From the NCBI GenBank assembly GCA_045606105.1, contig JAZURI010000010.1, forward strand, positions 1-64,000: a stretch of 64,000 bases of DNA, written 5' to 3'. Source of the stretch: Spirochaetia bacterium. Lineage in GTDB: Bacteria > Spirochaetota > Spirochaetia > CADAEX01. Position 1 is the stretch's first letter, and every line of letters begins with the position of its first letter. Both the position numbers and the translations under genes were made by a program. A model generated the notes under the pieces. That model was given only the letters and a program-made list of their open reading frames with translations, was not told the origin of the DNA and searched no databases. This document shows, piece after piece, positions 46,493 to 54,893 of the stretch.

Positions 46493-47202
46493 TTCACGAT
46501 TCTCCAGAAGCCGTTTTTCCTGGCTCCCACCCGGACTATGCGCCCCTGCCGCTTCAGCTGCTGCAGATAACGCTTTACCGTTGCCTCCGAAACACCGATA
46601 CTTCCGGCAAATTCCCGGTAAGTGTATCCCGGATTGGTTTCAGCCTCTTTTAAAAGGTCGTTTATAAGGTCAGTCTTGGTTTCGGTTTCAGGCTCCGGCA
46701 TCAGCTCCGACAGAGCTTCCGATATAAGCCCCAGCATAAATTCGATGAAGAGCCCCGAATTTCCCCTTTCGCCGCTCTCCTCAAGGGCTCTGTCATACCC
46801 GTCCCTTTTTTCCGCAACAAGGCTCTCCAGCGGCAGCCGGCCGAACACACCGTTCCAGCCTGAAAGAAGCTGCTTCAGCAACGCAATGCCCCGCTCTGTT
46901 TCATGGGTTTCGTAAGGCTGGAGATATTCAAATTCGTAGAGCAGCACGCAGCCCTTTATAAGGAGATGATCCTCCGACCTTTCCAGCCACTGCTTCAGGT
47001 CGCTTACAAGGAACGGAATCCGTCCCGGTCTGGGTGGAATACCGGCTGCACTGTCCGGAGCACCCAATCCCTGACGGTACGGGCCGGGAAGAACTGCCTC
47101 TGCAGGACCGGATACATTTTCACGGAAAACGGCCTGCATTGCTGCGATACCGGCTATGTGGTTTATGCTTTTTGCCGTAATTTTAAAGGGTGTCTGATAC
47201 AT
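46489..47202 (-). CDS. degenerate Fic-domain protein with C-terminal HTH
   Basis: MYQTPFKIT start; HLLIKGCVLLYEFEYLQPY...FIEFML resembles the Fic core with a destroyed motif; HTH GVSEATVKRYL...RVGARKNGFW. Confidence 0.7.
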   Translation of the reverse strand: MYQTPFKITAKSINHIAGIAAMQAVFRENVSGPAEAVLPGPYRQGLGAPDSAAGIPPRPGRIPFLVSDLKQWLERSEDHLLIKGCVLLYEFEYLQPYETHETERGIALLKQLLSGWNGVFGRLPLESLVAEKRDGYDRALEESGERGNSGLFIEFMLGLISEALSELMPEPETETKTDLINDLLKEAETNPGYTYREFAGSIGVSEATVKRYLQQLKRQGRIVRVGARKNGFWRIVK

Positions 47203-47211
47203 CTTGGTTTA

Positions 47212-47793
47212 TTATAGCACGTCATCTTCCGACTTTACAACTGTTTCGTTGTTTGAGAACTCATATTCAAGAACCAGGTGTGCACGGTTTCCTGACTCCT
47301 CGGCCAGGGCAGACAGGTAAACAGCTGTAAGCTCATCAGGAAGATTCTCAACCCAGGCAGCAACAAGAACCCTGTCTTTCATCCTGAGTGTATACATCCA
47401 GTATTCATCATCAACAGGATCTATTACCGATTCCTTGAGTGTGTCTATTATCACGGGGCTGCCGTACTTTGCGGAAAGGCGTCCCGACATCTCCTCGAAT
47501 TTACCTCTTATTTCAGTACCGCAGGTATCGCATTCAATGGATTTTCCCACCGCACTGATATAATTCAGTCCCAGCTCGGAATCGATCTTTGCATAGTATT
47601 TCTCGAATTCGGAATGCTTCTTGTGGGGCTTGATGACAAAATATCCCTCCCGGTCTGCCGGTACAGGTCTGGTTCCGGCACAGGCCTCGGTTATATCCCT
47701 GATGCTCATTCCCTTTTCCAGTCCGAAGGGACCGGCTGCCGCATACTGAGCCACCAGCACGATCATCAGGACCGCAAATATCGATTTTTTCAT
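47212..47793 (-). CDS. exported hypothetical protein
   Basis: Signal peptide ending YAAA-GPFGL; GGGGGAG SD-like sequence upstream. Confidence 0.75.
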   Translation of the reverse strand: MKKSIFAVLMIVLVAQYAAAGPFGLEKGMSIRDITEACAGTRPVPADREGYFVIKPHKKHSEFEKYYAKIDSELGLNYISAVGKSIECDTCGTEIRGKFEEMSGRLSAKYGSPVIIDTLKESVIDPVDDEYWMYTLRMKDRVLVAAWVENLPDELTAVYLSALAEESGNRAHLVLEYEFSNNETVVKSEDDVL

Positions 47794-47812
47794 TTTATCT
47801 CCCCCCGCATTT

Positions 47813-48544
47813 TCAGAGTGATGTCAGGTTCCAGAGCTTTTTTCTGTCGTTTTCCGAAAGCACGGCCGGTATTACGGACGGAATGCCCTGATAGGGCGAA
47901 AGAATCAGACCTGACTCCAGAGCCTTACCGAAAAGCTCCGCATAGTCGGCAGGACTGAGCCTGGACGAAAGATAAGGGCCGTCAATTTCCCATATTTCCG
48001 AAAGAGCTTCTTTAAGGTCATTTCCAAGGTCAAAGGAAGGAGACTTCTTCATGAATGAGATGTAGTTTCGGACCCCTTTTTCAGCCCCTGCCGCAACAAC
48101 CGGCGAAATCAGATCCTCTTCCAGGTCAAGCTCCTCTGCAGAAACCACGACACCGGGTGCAAGGGCTTCGGGTACCGGGAGAATGAAAACCAGGATACCG
48201 TCCCCTTTCTGCATTTCCGCAGGTCTCAGGGTGCTGTATTCAATATCCTCCAGCCTGAGGGCCGCCTCTGCCGAAAAGGAATCCCTGAAAAGATACACAT
48301 GCTTTTCCCTGCCGAAAATATCCTGTACCGCCCTTTTGAGACGATGGGTATACCTGGAAGGAAACGGAGAGAAGATTCCCCTGTCCACATTGTTTTTCAG
48401 AGCAAGACCGTAACCGGCCTGACGATGTCCCATGACAAGACGCCCCTCTTCAAGATACATATCGAGAAAACGCCTGCCGTCTGAGGTATAGAGATGATAA
48501 CCTCTGGCCCTGGTAATTTCAGGAAGAAATTCAAATAAGCTCAT
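47813..48544 (-). CDS. hypothetical protein with class-III aminotransferase-like N-terminus
   Basis: RARGYHLYTSDGRRFLD-x5-G-x3-MGH matches the class III N-terminal pattern; no PLP-binding motif visible. Confidence 0.65.
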   Translation of the reverse strand: MSLFEFLPEITRARGYHLYTSDGRRFLDMYLEEGRLVMGHRQAGYGLALKNNVDRGIFSPFPSRYTHRLKRAVQDIFGREKHVYLFRDSFSAEAALRLEDIEYSTLRPAEMQKGDGILVFILPVPEALAPGVVVSAEELDLEEDLISPVVAAGAEKGVRNYISFMKKSPSFDLGNDLKEALSEIWEIDGPYLSSRLSPADYAELFGKALESGLILSPYQGIPSVIPAVLSENDRKKLWNLTSL

Positions 48545-48630
48545 TGTCCTAAATTATAACAAAATATTTTTCTGATGTATAGTAAAATTCAATCAAACAT
48601 AATATATTGAAACCATACGGAGGTTATATC

Positions 48631-49938
48631 ATGAAATTTTTCAGTACAAGAGATAAAAACAACATTGTAACTTTCAAGGAAGCGGTTTTCAGAGGACTTT
48701 CCCCTGAAGGAGGCCTTTATGTTCCCGATTCCACTCCGGACCTTTCCGCATTTTATCAGGGTCTGACTGCAGAAACCCCTTTCAACGAGGCTGCTGCCGG
48801 ACTTACATATGAAATACTCAAGGACGAGCTTACCAGGGAAGAGGCAAAAGCTATCTGTGACAGAGCCTTCACCTTCAAGCCTGATATCGTGGATACCGGC
48901 AACGGAATCTTCATCATGGAGCTTTTCAACGGACCTTCCTCAGCATTCAAGGATTACGGTGCATGCTTCCTGGCTGCATCAATGGAGGCCTTCCTCAGCA
49001 AGGAAAACAAGAAAGCCCTTATTCTTACCGCTACCTCGGGAGATACGGGAAGCGCTGTTGCACAGGCATTCTTTGACAAGAAGAACATTGATGTGGTTAT
49101 CCTCTATCCGTCAGGAAGAGTAAGCCCTCTGCAGGAAAAGCAGCTTACAACACTGGGCAAGAATGTGAGAGCCCTTGAAGTAAAGGGAAATTTCGATGAC
49201 TGCCAGCGCATGGTAAAGAAGATGTTCACAGATCCTGACATGAAGTACCTGCCTCTCACATCGGCAAACTCCATCAACCTGGGAAGACTTCTCCCTCAGT
49301 CCTTCTACTACATGTATGCATACAGCCAGCTGAAGGCAAAGTACAAGGATATTGTTTTCTGTGTACCGAGCGGAAACTTCGGAAACCTGACAGCAGGTGT
49401 CCTGGACTGGACATGGGGAATGCCTGTAAAGGAATTCATCGCAGCCACAAACCTTAACAATGAGGTTCCTGAATATCTGGAAACCGGAGAATACAAGCCG
49501 CATCCTTCATTCCAGACCTATTCAAACGCCATGGATGTAGGTGATCCGAGCAACTTTGAGAGACTCCGCCACATCTTTGACAATGATTACAGAAAGATGA
49601 ATGCAATGATCAAGGGTGAATGGGTTTCCAACGAGGATACCATTGCCACAATGAAGAAATACTATGAGGAAAGAAATCTGTTCATGGATCCTCATACAGC
49701 AGTAGGATATCTCTCATCCTGCAGATACAAGGAAAAGTTCGGTGTAGGAGATGACACAGCAATCGTTTCCCTTGCAACCGCTCATCCGGGCAAGTTCCTG
49801 GAGGTTGTTGAACAGGCAACCGGCAAGGTTCCGGCTCTTCCTGAAAATCTGGAAAGACTGCTGAAGCTTGAAAAGCACTCAACTGTAATCGATAATACAG
49901 ATGAAGCTCTTAAGGAATATCTTAAAAAGACTTTCTGA
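48631..49938 (+). CDS. thrC: threonine synthase
   Basis: GGLYVP, ELFNGPSSAFKDYG (PLP Lys), ATSGDTG, SANSINLGR, VPSGNFGN, TAHPGKF; GGAGG before ATG 48631. Confidence 0.95.
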   Translation: MKFFSTRDKNNIVTFKEAVFRGLSPEGGLYVPDSTPDLSAFYQGLTAETPFNEAAAGLTYEILKDELTREEAKAICDRAFTFKPDIVDTGNGIFIMELFNGPSSAFKDYGACFLAASMEAFLSKENKKALILTATSGDTGSAVAQAFFDKKNIDVVILYPSGRVSPLQEKQLTTLGKNVRALEVKGNFDDCQRMVKKMFTDPDMKYLPLTSANSINLGRLLPQSFYYMYAYSQLKAKYKDIVFCVPSGNFGNLTAGVLDWTWGMPVKEFIAATNLNNEVPEYLETGEYKPHPSFQTYSNAMDVGDPSNFERLRHIFDNDYRKMNAMIKGEWVSNEDTIATMKKYYEERNLFMDPHTAVGYLSSCRYKEKFGVGDDTAIVSLATAHPGKFLEVVEQATGKVPALPENLERLLKLEKHSTVIDNTDEALKEYLKKTF

Positions 49939-49961
49939 TTTTTTTAAAAAGGCAGCGGGGT

Positions 49962-50660
49962 TCAGACCCTTGTTGCCTTTATTGTGAAACTGCTGTCCGG
50001 AAAGCTTTCCCTCAGCCGGCTGTCTATGTTCTGGACTTTGTTGATATCGGTCCAGACTGTCCTGAACTTAATCTCCACGGAATCACTTCTCCCCTTGTAC
50101 TCAAGAAAACTGACCTGTCCGCCACCTGCCTGGGTTACAGCCTTGGTAATAAAATCCTTGTCCGGAAGCCTGCTGTTTTCATCCTGGCTGAAGGTAAGGG
50201 TGATATCCAGCTCCATGTGGTTAAGGAAATATTTTTTTCCGAAGCCTGAAAAATGGACTGCCAGCATGAGAATCCCGGTAAATACCGCAATGACAGCCGC
50301 AATCAGATAGAAGCCCAGACCGTTTGCCATACCGATAACAATGGCAAGGAAAATGAAGGACATGTCGATGAAGCTGTTTACGCTGGTCCTGAACCTGATG
50401 ATAGAAACGGCACCCACGAGACCGAAGGCAACGGCAAGATTGTTTCCGATAACCATCATGGCACCTGCAAGGATAACCGAAATAAAGACCATGGACTGCA
50501 TCATTATGTAATTGTTCTGCTTGGTCTTGTTCATTACCTTGTAGATTTCTCCCAGGATCAGGTTGAAGAAGGCTGAAAGACCCAGTCCCACCAGACAGTT
50601 CCAGATTGATTCCACCCTGATGGTTGATTTATTGTCTGCAAAAGAATTGAAAATTTCCAT
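49962..50660 (-). CDS. DUF4956 family membrane protein
   Basis: MMVIGNNLAVAFGLVGAVSIIRFRT-x6-D-x2-FIF-x2-I-x2-GMA-x-G signature; soluble C-terminal domain. Confidence 0.85.
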   Translation of the reverse strand: MEIFNSFADNKSTIRVESIWNCLVGLGLSAFFNLILGEIYKVMNKTKQNNYIMMQSMVFISVILAGAMMVIGNNLAVAFGLVGAVSIIRFRTSVNSFIDMSFIFLAIVIGMANGLGFYLIAAVIAVFTGILMLAVHFSGFGKKYFLNHMELDITLTFSQDENSRLPDKDFITKAVTQAGGGQVSFLEYKGRSDSVEIKFRTVWTDINKVQNIDSRLRESFPDSSFTIKATRV

Positions 50661-50676
50661 ATTTCTCCTTTATCCT

Positions 50677-51789
50677 TTAAGGCAGTTCAAGACTCCCCCA
50701 GGTTATGCGTCCCGAGGTACTGTCCAGATATGCTGCCGCTTCATTCTTGTTATTGACAAAATCTCCGTAATATGAACCGTATAACGGATCGTTTCTTACA
50801 GGCAGATCTGCCTCCCCATACATTTCCGCCGCTTCGTCCCTGAGAACGGAAAGGATGTTTTCAGGTCCCGGTGTCACGAAAAGCTCGTTTACCCGGCTGT
50901 TGTATGCAGCCCTGACCTCGGGTACGGATGTAAGCCGGCGTACCAGCTGATTGTCTCCCGAAAGATCGTAACCGCTTATATTGCTGTAGATACAGCTTTC
51001 ATTGTCCCAAGGCAGGAAGTAGAATTTTCCGTCAAAACAGATATAGAAATTTGTTCTGAAGGTATCCTTTACCGTAAGAAAATTATGCACTGCCAGATAG
51101 GATGCAAACTTCTCCACGTCCACATACCTGTTTACAAATTCTCTCCAGCCTTCATCCGATTTGGTTACACAGGCTGAAACAAGATGCTCCAGATTGGCAA
51201 AGTTGTCATCATCCGGGAATTTCTTTTCGGACAGGGATGCAAGGGGATTGTTTGCCCCCAGATCGTTATAATCCTCGAAATAGCACTTGAAAAGCTCTCC
51301 TGCTATCTCGTTTTCGTCATAGTAGGTGATGAAATTGTAGCATCCGATATATTCGTCGTTAAGGAAGAGGACTATGGTTTCGGTATCGCAGGCCGGAAGA
51401 CCCGCCAGCTGATAGGCCCGCATGGCAATCCTGTTATCCACACCACCGCCGGCCTGTCCCCTTTCAAGCACATATTTCTTTCCGTCTATCTTCAGCATGA
51501 AGGATTTCTTGGAATGCATTCTGGATGTATAGCCCCGGACCTTGATCTTTCCTTCTCCGGTCCAGCTCCCCTTTTCAATGCGGCATCTGGCATAGTCATC
51601 GGTAGAAACGGAACCGTAGAGAGTCTCGGTTTCCCGGTCTGTAAGATGGATCTTTACCTTGGAAACGCTCCCCACATCGGGATCGTCATTATCCGCAAGC
51701 CCCACGAACTCGCCGCAGGAAAAAATAAGAAGCGAAAGAACGGGAATTATGGCAAACTTCAGGATTTTACGCAAAAGCTTATACTCCAT
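50677..51789 (-). CDS. CotH kinase family lipoprotein (copy 2)
   Basis: Lipobox LLIFSC; KVRGYTS-x4-KKSF, LFLNDEYIGCY, D-x4-NFY, FLPWDNE. Confidence 0.83.
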   Translation of the reverse strand: MEYKLLRKILKFAIIPVLSLLIFSCGEFVGLADNDDPDVGSVSKVKIHLTDRETETLYGSVSTDDYARCRIEKGSWTGEGKIKVRGYTSRMHSKKSFMLKIDGKKYVLERGQAGGGVDNRIAMRAYQLAGLPACDTETIVLFLNDEYIGCYNFITYYDENEIAGELFKCYFEDYNDLGANNPLASLSEKKFPDDDNFANLEHLVSACVTKSDEGWREFVNRYVDVEKFASYLAVHNFLTVKDTFRTNFYICFDGKFYFLPWDNESCIYSNISGYDLSGDNQLVRRLTSVPEVRAAYNSRVNELFVTPGPENILSVLRDEAAEMYGEADLPVRNDPLYGSYYGDFVNNKNEAAAYLDSTSGRITWGSLELP

Positions 51790-52784
51790 ATCGGTTCAAA
51801 ATCTGTTTCAAGTCCGCTGCCGTTGTCATAGGTATCGAACTGCACGCCCCCTTCCAGATGCATGAACACGTTGCGGCCGTGGAAATAGTTTCCAAGAAGG
51901 AGCTCCACACGGCGGCTGTCATCTATCCTGTCGATGTCCGGCATAAGGATACCGGCCCTGAAGGCAGGGGTGTATACAAAACGGGATGTACTGAAGTTAT
52001 AGCCCACGGATGCATCGGCCGCTGCGAAGAAGCTTTCCTCCTTGCCCGGAAAATGAAGCAGTCCCACGGGATCCACCAGATTGGTTCCGGCAGAGGCTTC
52101 GGCTGTAACAACCCAGCTTGTGGTATACATGAAATATTTCATATCAAAGAGGAAGTTGTTGTACTGATATTCGTCTCCGATTCCCAGAGCTGCCTGATGA
52201 ACTGCATAAGGAAGATAGGATGCCGTGAAGGCCAGGAAATGGCGGTCCGGCTCGAAGTTGTACATTCCTGTAAGGATAAACTGGGTTTCGTTGTGGGATG
52301 AATTGAAAAAGAAGGTGGCATCCAGTGTCAGATTATCTGTAAGAAAATTGTCATGCACATAGCGGATACCGGTGTCGTTTGAGGACCAGCCCAGCTTCTT
52401 CATGTATTCTACACCCGGGGAATCCATTTCGAAAACCTCGTATCTTTTCTTAACAAAGTCGTTCAGGTAAAGGTCTCTCTGGAAAATTCCCCCCTTTATC
52501 CAGCTCAGCTCGTCAAAGGCATAGACAACCGAAACCTCGTCCGGCTCCACATCCTTCCTGTCAATTTCCATGGAGAGAATGGTGGAAAGACGGTCGCTGA
52601 TCATATATTCGGCGGTAAAGGTCCCTTCCAGCTCGTATTCCAGATAATACTTGTCTCCGGTTACGTCGGAATCATCCAGCTTGAATTCCACTTCAGCATC
52701 AAACTTTATCCTGTCCTCCTTGGCTGCAAAGAGCGAAACGGAACAGAGTATCAAAACAGTAAATAAAATCAGTATCTTTTTCAT
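51759..52784 (-). CDS. putative outer-membrane beta-barrel protein (copy 2)
   Basis: Signal peptide; alternating amphipathic, aromatic-rich strands; paralogous to 53880..54893. Confidence 0.65.
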   Translation of the reverse strand: MKKILILFTVLILCSVSLFAAKEDRIKFDAEVEFKLDDSDVTGDKYYLEYELEGTFTAEYMISDRLSTILSMEIDRKDVEPDEVSVVYAFDELSWIKGGIFQRDLYLNDFVKKRYEVFEMDSPGVEYMKKLGWSSNDTGIRYVHDNFLTDNLTLDATFFFNSSHNETQFILTGMYNFEPDRHFLAFTASYLPYAVHQAALGIGDEYQYNNFLFDMKYFMYTTSWVVTAEASAGTNLVDPVGLLHFPGKEESFFAAADASVGYNFSTSRFVYTPAFRAGILMPDIDRIDDSRRVELLLGNYFHGRNVFMHLEGGVQFDTYDNGSGLETDFEPIWSISFCVKS

Positions 52785-53896
52785 AACAGTCCTTTAACTA
52801 TATCTCCCCTGTTGCTGATAAAATATTTTATGTAATTTTTCATATTTGTAAAATCCTTTTCGGTATAACGGTAGCTTGGATCGTTCTTTACGGCAAGAAA
52901 AGCCTCGTCATACCATTTGTCCACCTGTGCCTTCAGCTCATTGAGAAAAGCTGTGTCATCGGCCAGATCTGTCATGGCCTGTTTGTAGGCGGTCCGTACC
53001 GAAGGAACAGTAAGTATACGGCGCTGGATTTTTCCGTCTCCGTAGATACGGCCTGAATTCAGCTCCATTCCCAGCTCGTTGTCCCAGGGGAGGAAAACCA
53101 TCTTTCCGTAATTGTACAGGTAGTAGTTCCAGTTTGCGGTATCGCCCACAGCAAAGAAATCGTGGACCACCATGTATCTGATGAAATTATCCACATCGAT
53201 ATGGGATTCCACCCACTCATTCCATTGGGCATCAGACATGTAGTTTGTGTTTACGATAAGGGTTTCCAGAGAAGAAAAATCGTCGTTATCGGGAAATTTC
53301 CTTTCGGAATTGGAACGGAGAGGATTTTCTTCAAAGCTCAGAAGCTCCACCTTGAACAGCTCCGACATGAAACCGCTTTTCCATGCCTCCAGCTGCTCCT
53401 GGCTGTACATGTCCACCTTGGCGTAGTAGCCGATGTACTTGTCATTGATATAAAGTGCCACTGCCTCTGTTTCAGGAGCAGGTGTAAGAGCCTCCCCCTT
53501 GTACATGAAGTTGTTGTAGGCATACATGACAATACGATTCTTCAGCCAGGTGAAATCCTCGTGCATAAGGGCATAATTTCCCTCGTGCATTCCCTCCTTT
53601 ATCCTCAGGGTAAAGTTCTTTTTCGGGTAACGGCGGGAGGTATTGCCTCTGACTCTCATGGTTCCCTCCACGTTCACGCCGTTGTTTACCGTAATGCGGC
53701 ACGGAGTGTGATCCTCCTCCGGAGGCGAAACGCTGTCGTAGAACCGTTCCATGTTCTCTTCCGAAAAATATACCTTTATCTTCTTTACATTTCCCACATC
53801 GGGATCGGTAAAATCGTCAAATCCGATGAATTCGCCGCAGGAAAAAAGAGAAAAAGATAGAATCAGAACTGTTAAAATCTTAATTCTTGATAACAA
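52781..53896 (-). CDS. CotH kinase family lipoprotein (copy 1)
   Basis: Lipobox FSLFSC; RVRGNTS-x4-KKNF, LYINDKYIGYY, D-x4-NYYLY, FLPWDNE; TTG start. Confidence 0.85.
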   Translation of the reverse strand: MLSRIKILTVLILSFSLFSCGEFIGFDDFTDPDVGNVKKIKVYFSEENMERFYDSVSPPEEDHTPCRITVNNGVNVEGTMRVRGNTSRRYPKKNFTLRIKEGMHEGNYALMHEDFTWLKNRIVMYAYNNFMYKGEALTPAPETEAVALYINDKYIGYYAKVDMYSQEQLEAWKSGFMSELFKVELLSFEENPLRSNSERKFPDNDDFSSLETLIVNTNYMSDAQWNEWVESHIDVDNFIRYMVVHDFFAVGDTANWNYYLYNYGKMVFLPWDNELGMELNSGRIYGDGKIQRRILTVPSVRTAYKQAMTDLADDTAFLNELKAQVDKWYDEAFLAVKNDPSYRYTEKDFTNMKNYIKYFISNRGDIVKGLL

Positions 53897-54893
53897 CTGA
53901 CACCGCCCATCTCAGTTCGAGCTTTGTTTTAAGATCATCATCCCCGAAGCCGTCATGCTTGGTAATGATTCCCAGGCCTCCGTCCAGATGGAGCTTGACA
54001 TTCTCCTTATAGGTGAACTGGTTTCCGAACAGTACTTCGAATTCGTTGCAGTCTGCCTCGGAGATCTCGGGAATAAAGGCAGTTCCTCTGAGCATCGGAA
54101 GCCAGCGTACGAAATCTGTAAGCTGTACATTGATACCGCCGTGGATATCGGCTCCGCCGAAGAAAGGATGCTCTGTATCTGCATCAAAGTTTATGTGCCC
54201 CATAGGATTGACCAGCCCGGAGCCCAATGTAAGCTCGGCACCGTAAATATATTTTCCACGGTAATCGGCATAGACCAGGTTGCCGTAGAAATTATCCCGG
54301 GGATAGTCCTTCTCGGATGCATCCCATTTCTTGTGATTCAGGAACGGATAATAGGAAACAAAGATTCCGGCCACCATTTCCTTATCGGGATCCTGACGGT
54401 AGAATCCGCCGCAGAGCTGAGGCTCCAGCTGGGAAGGAATGTAGAGCACATGGGCAAAACCGCCCCAGTTGTCTCCGCTTTCATCCCTGTATTCGTACTT
54501 GCCTCCGATGGCGCGGGAAATATAACCCTGATCCTTCAGTTCCCGGGTAATGATATTCTTTCTGGCAAAAGGACGGTCAAAGGAACCGATATAGTCGTCA
54601 AGAGTCAGGATATTCTCGAATTTACCCGCCTTTACGGAATGGTTTTCAAGAAAGGTATATTTTGCGGAAATCTCATCCACGTCCACCTCGTACTTGTCCA
54701 GCACAGGCTTGAACACCAGCTCTATATCATCGGTGGCATCAAACTTGAAACGGAGCTTTCCCTGAAGGTCGTAAAAATCGTCCTTATCCATTTCATCGTT
54801 GGACTCAATGCTGAACTCAGGCTTGATGGAAAACTGCGAGAATGCAGCAATCGGCACGGCAAACAAAACAAGAAACAAAACCAATTTTTTCAT
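53880..54893 (-). CDS. putative outer-membrane beta-barrel/porin (copy 1)
   Basis: Signal peptide; amphipathic strands; SVKAGKF segment reminiscent of OprO/P-like porins; paralogous to 51759..52784. Confidence 0.65.
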   Translation of the reverse strand: MKKLVLFLVLFAVPIAAFSQFSIKPEFSIESNDEMDKDDFYDLQGKLRFKFDATDDIELVFKPVLDKYEVDVDEISAKYTFLENHSVKAGKFENILTLDDYIGSFDRPFARKNIITRELKDQGYISRAIGGKYEYRDESGDNWGGFAHVLYIPSQLEPQLCGGFYRQDPDKEMVAGIFVSYYPFLNHKKWDASEKDYPRDNFYGNLVYADYRGKYIYGAELTLGSGLVNPMGHINFDADTEHPFFGGADIHGGINVQLTDFVRWLPMLRGTAFIPEISEADCNEFEVLFGNQFTYKENVKLHLDGGLGIITKHDGFGDDDLKTKLELRWAVSVVIKN

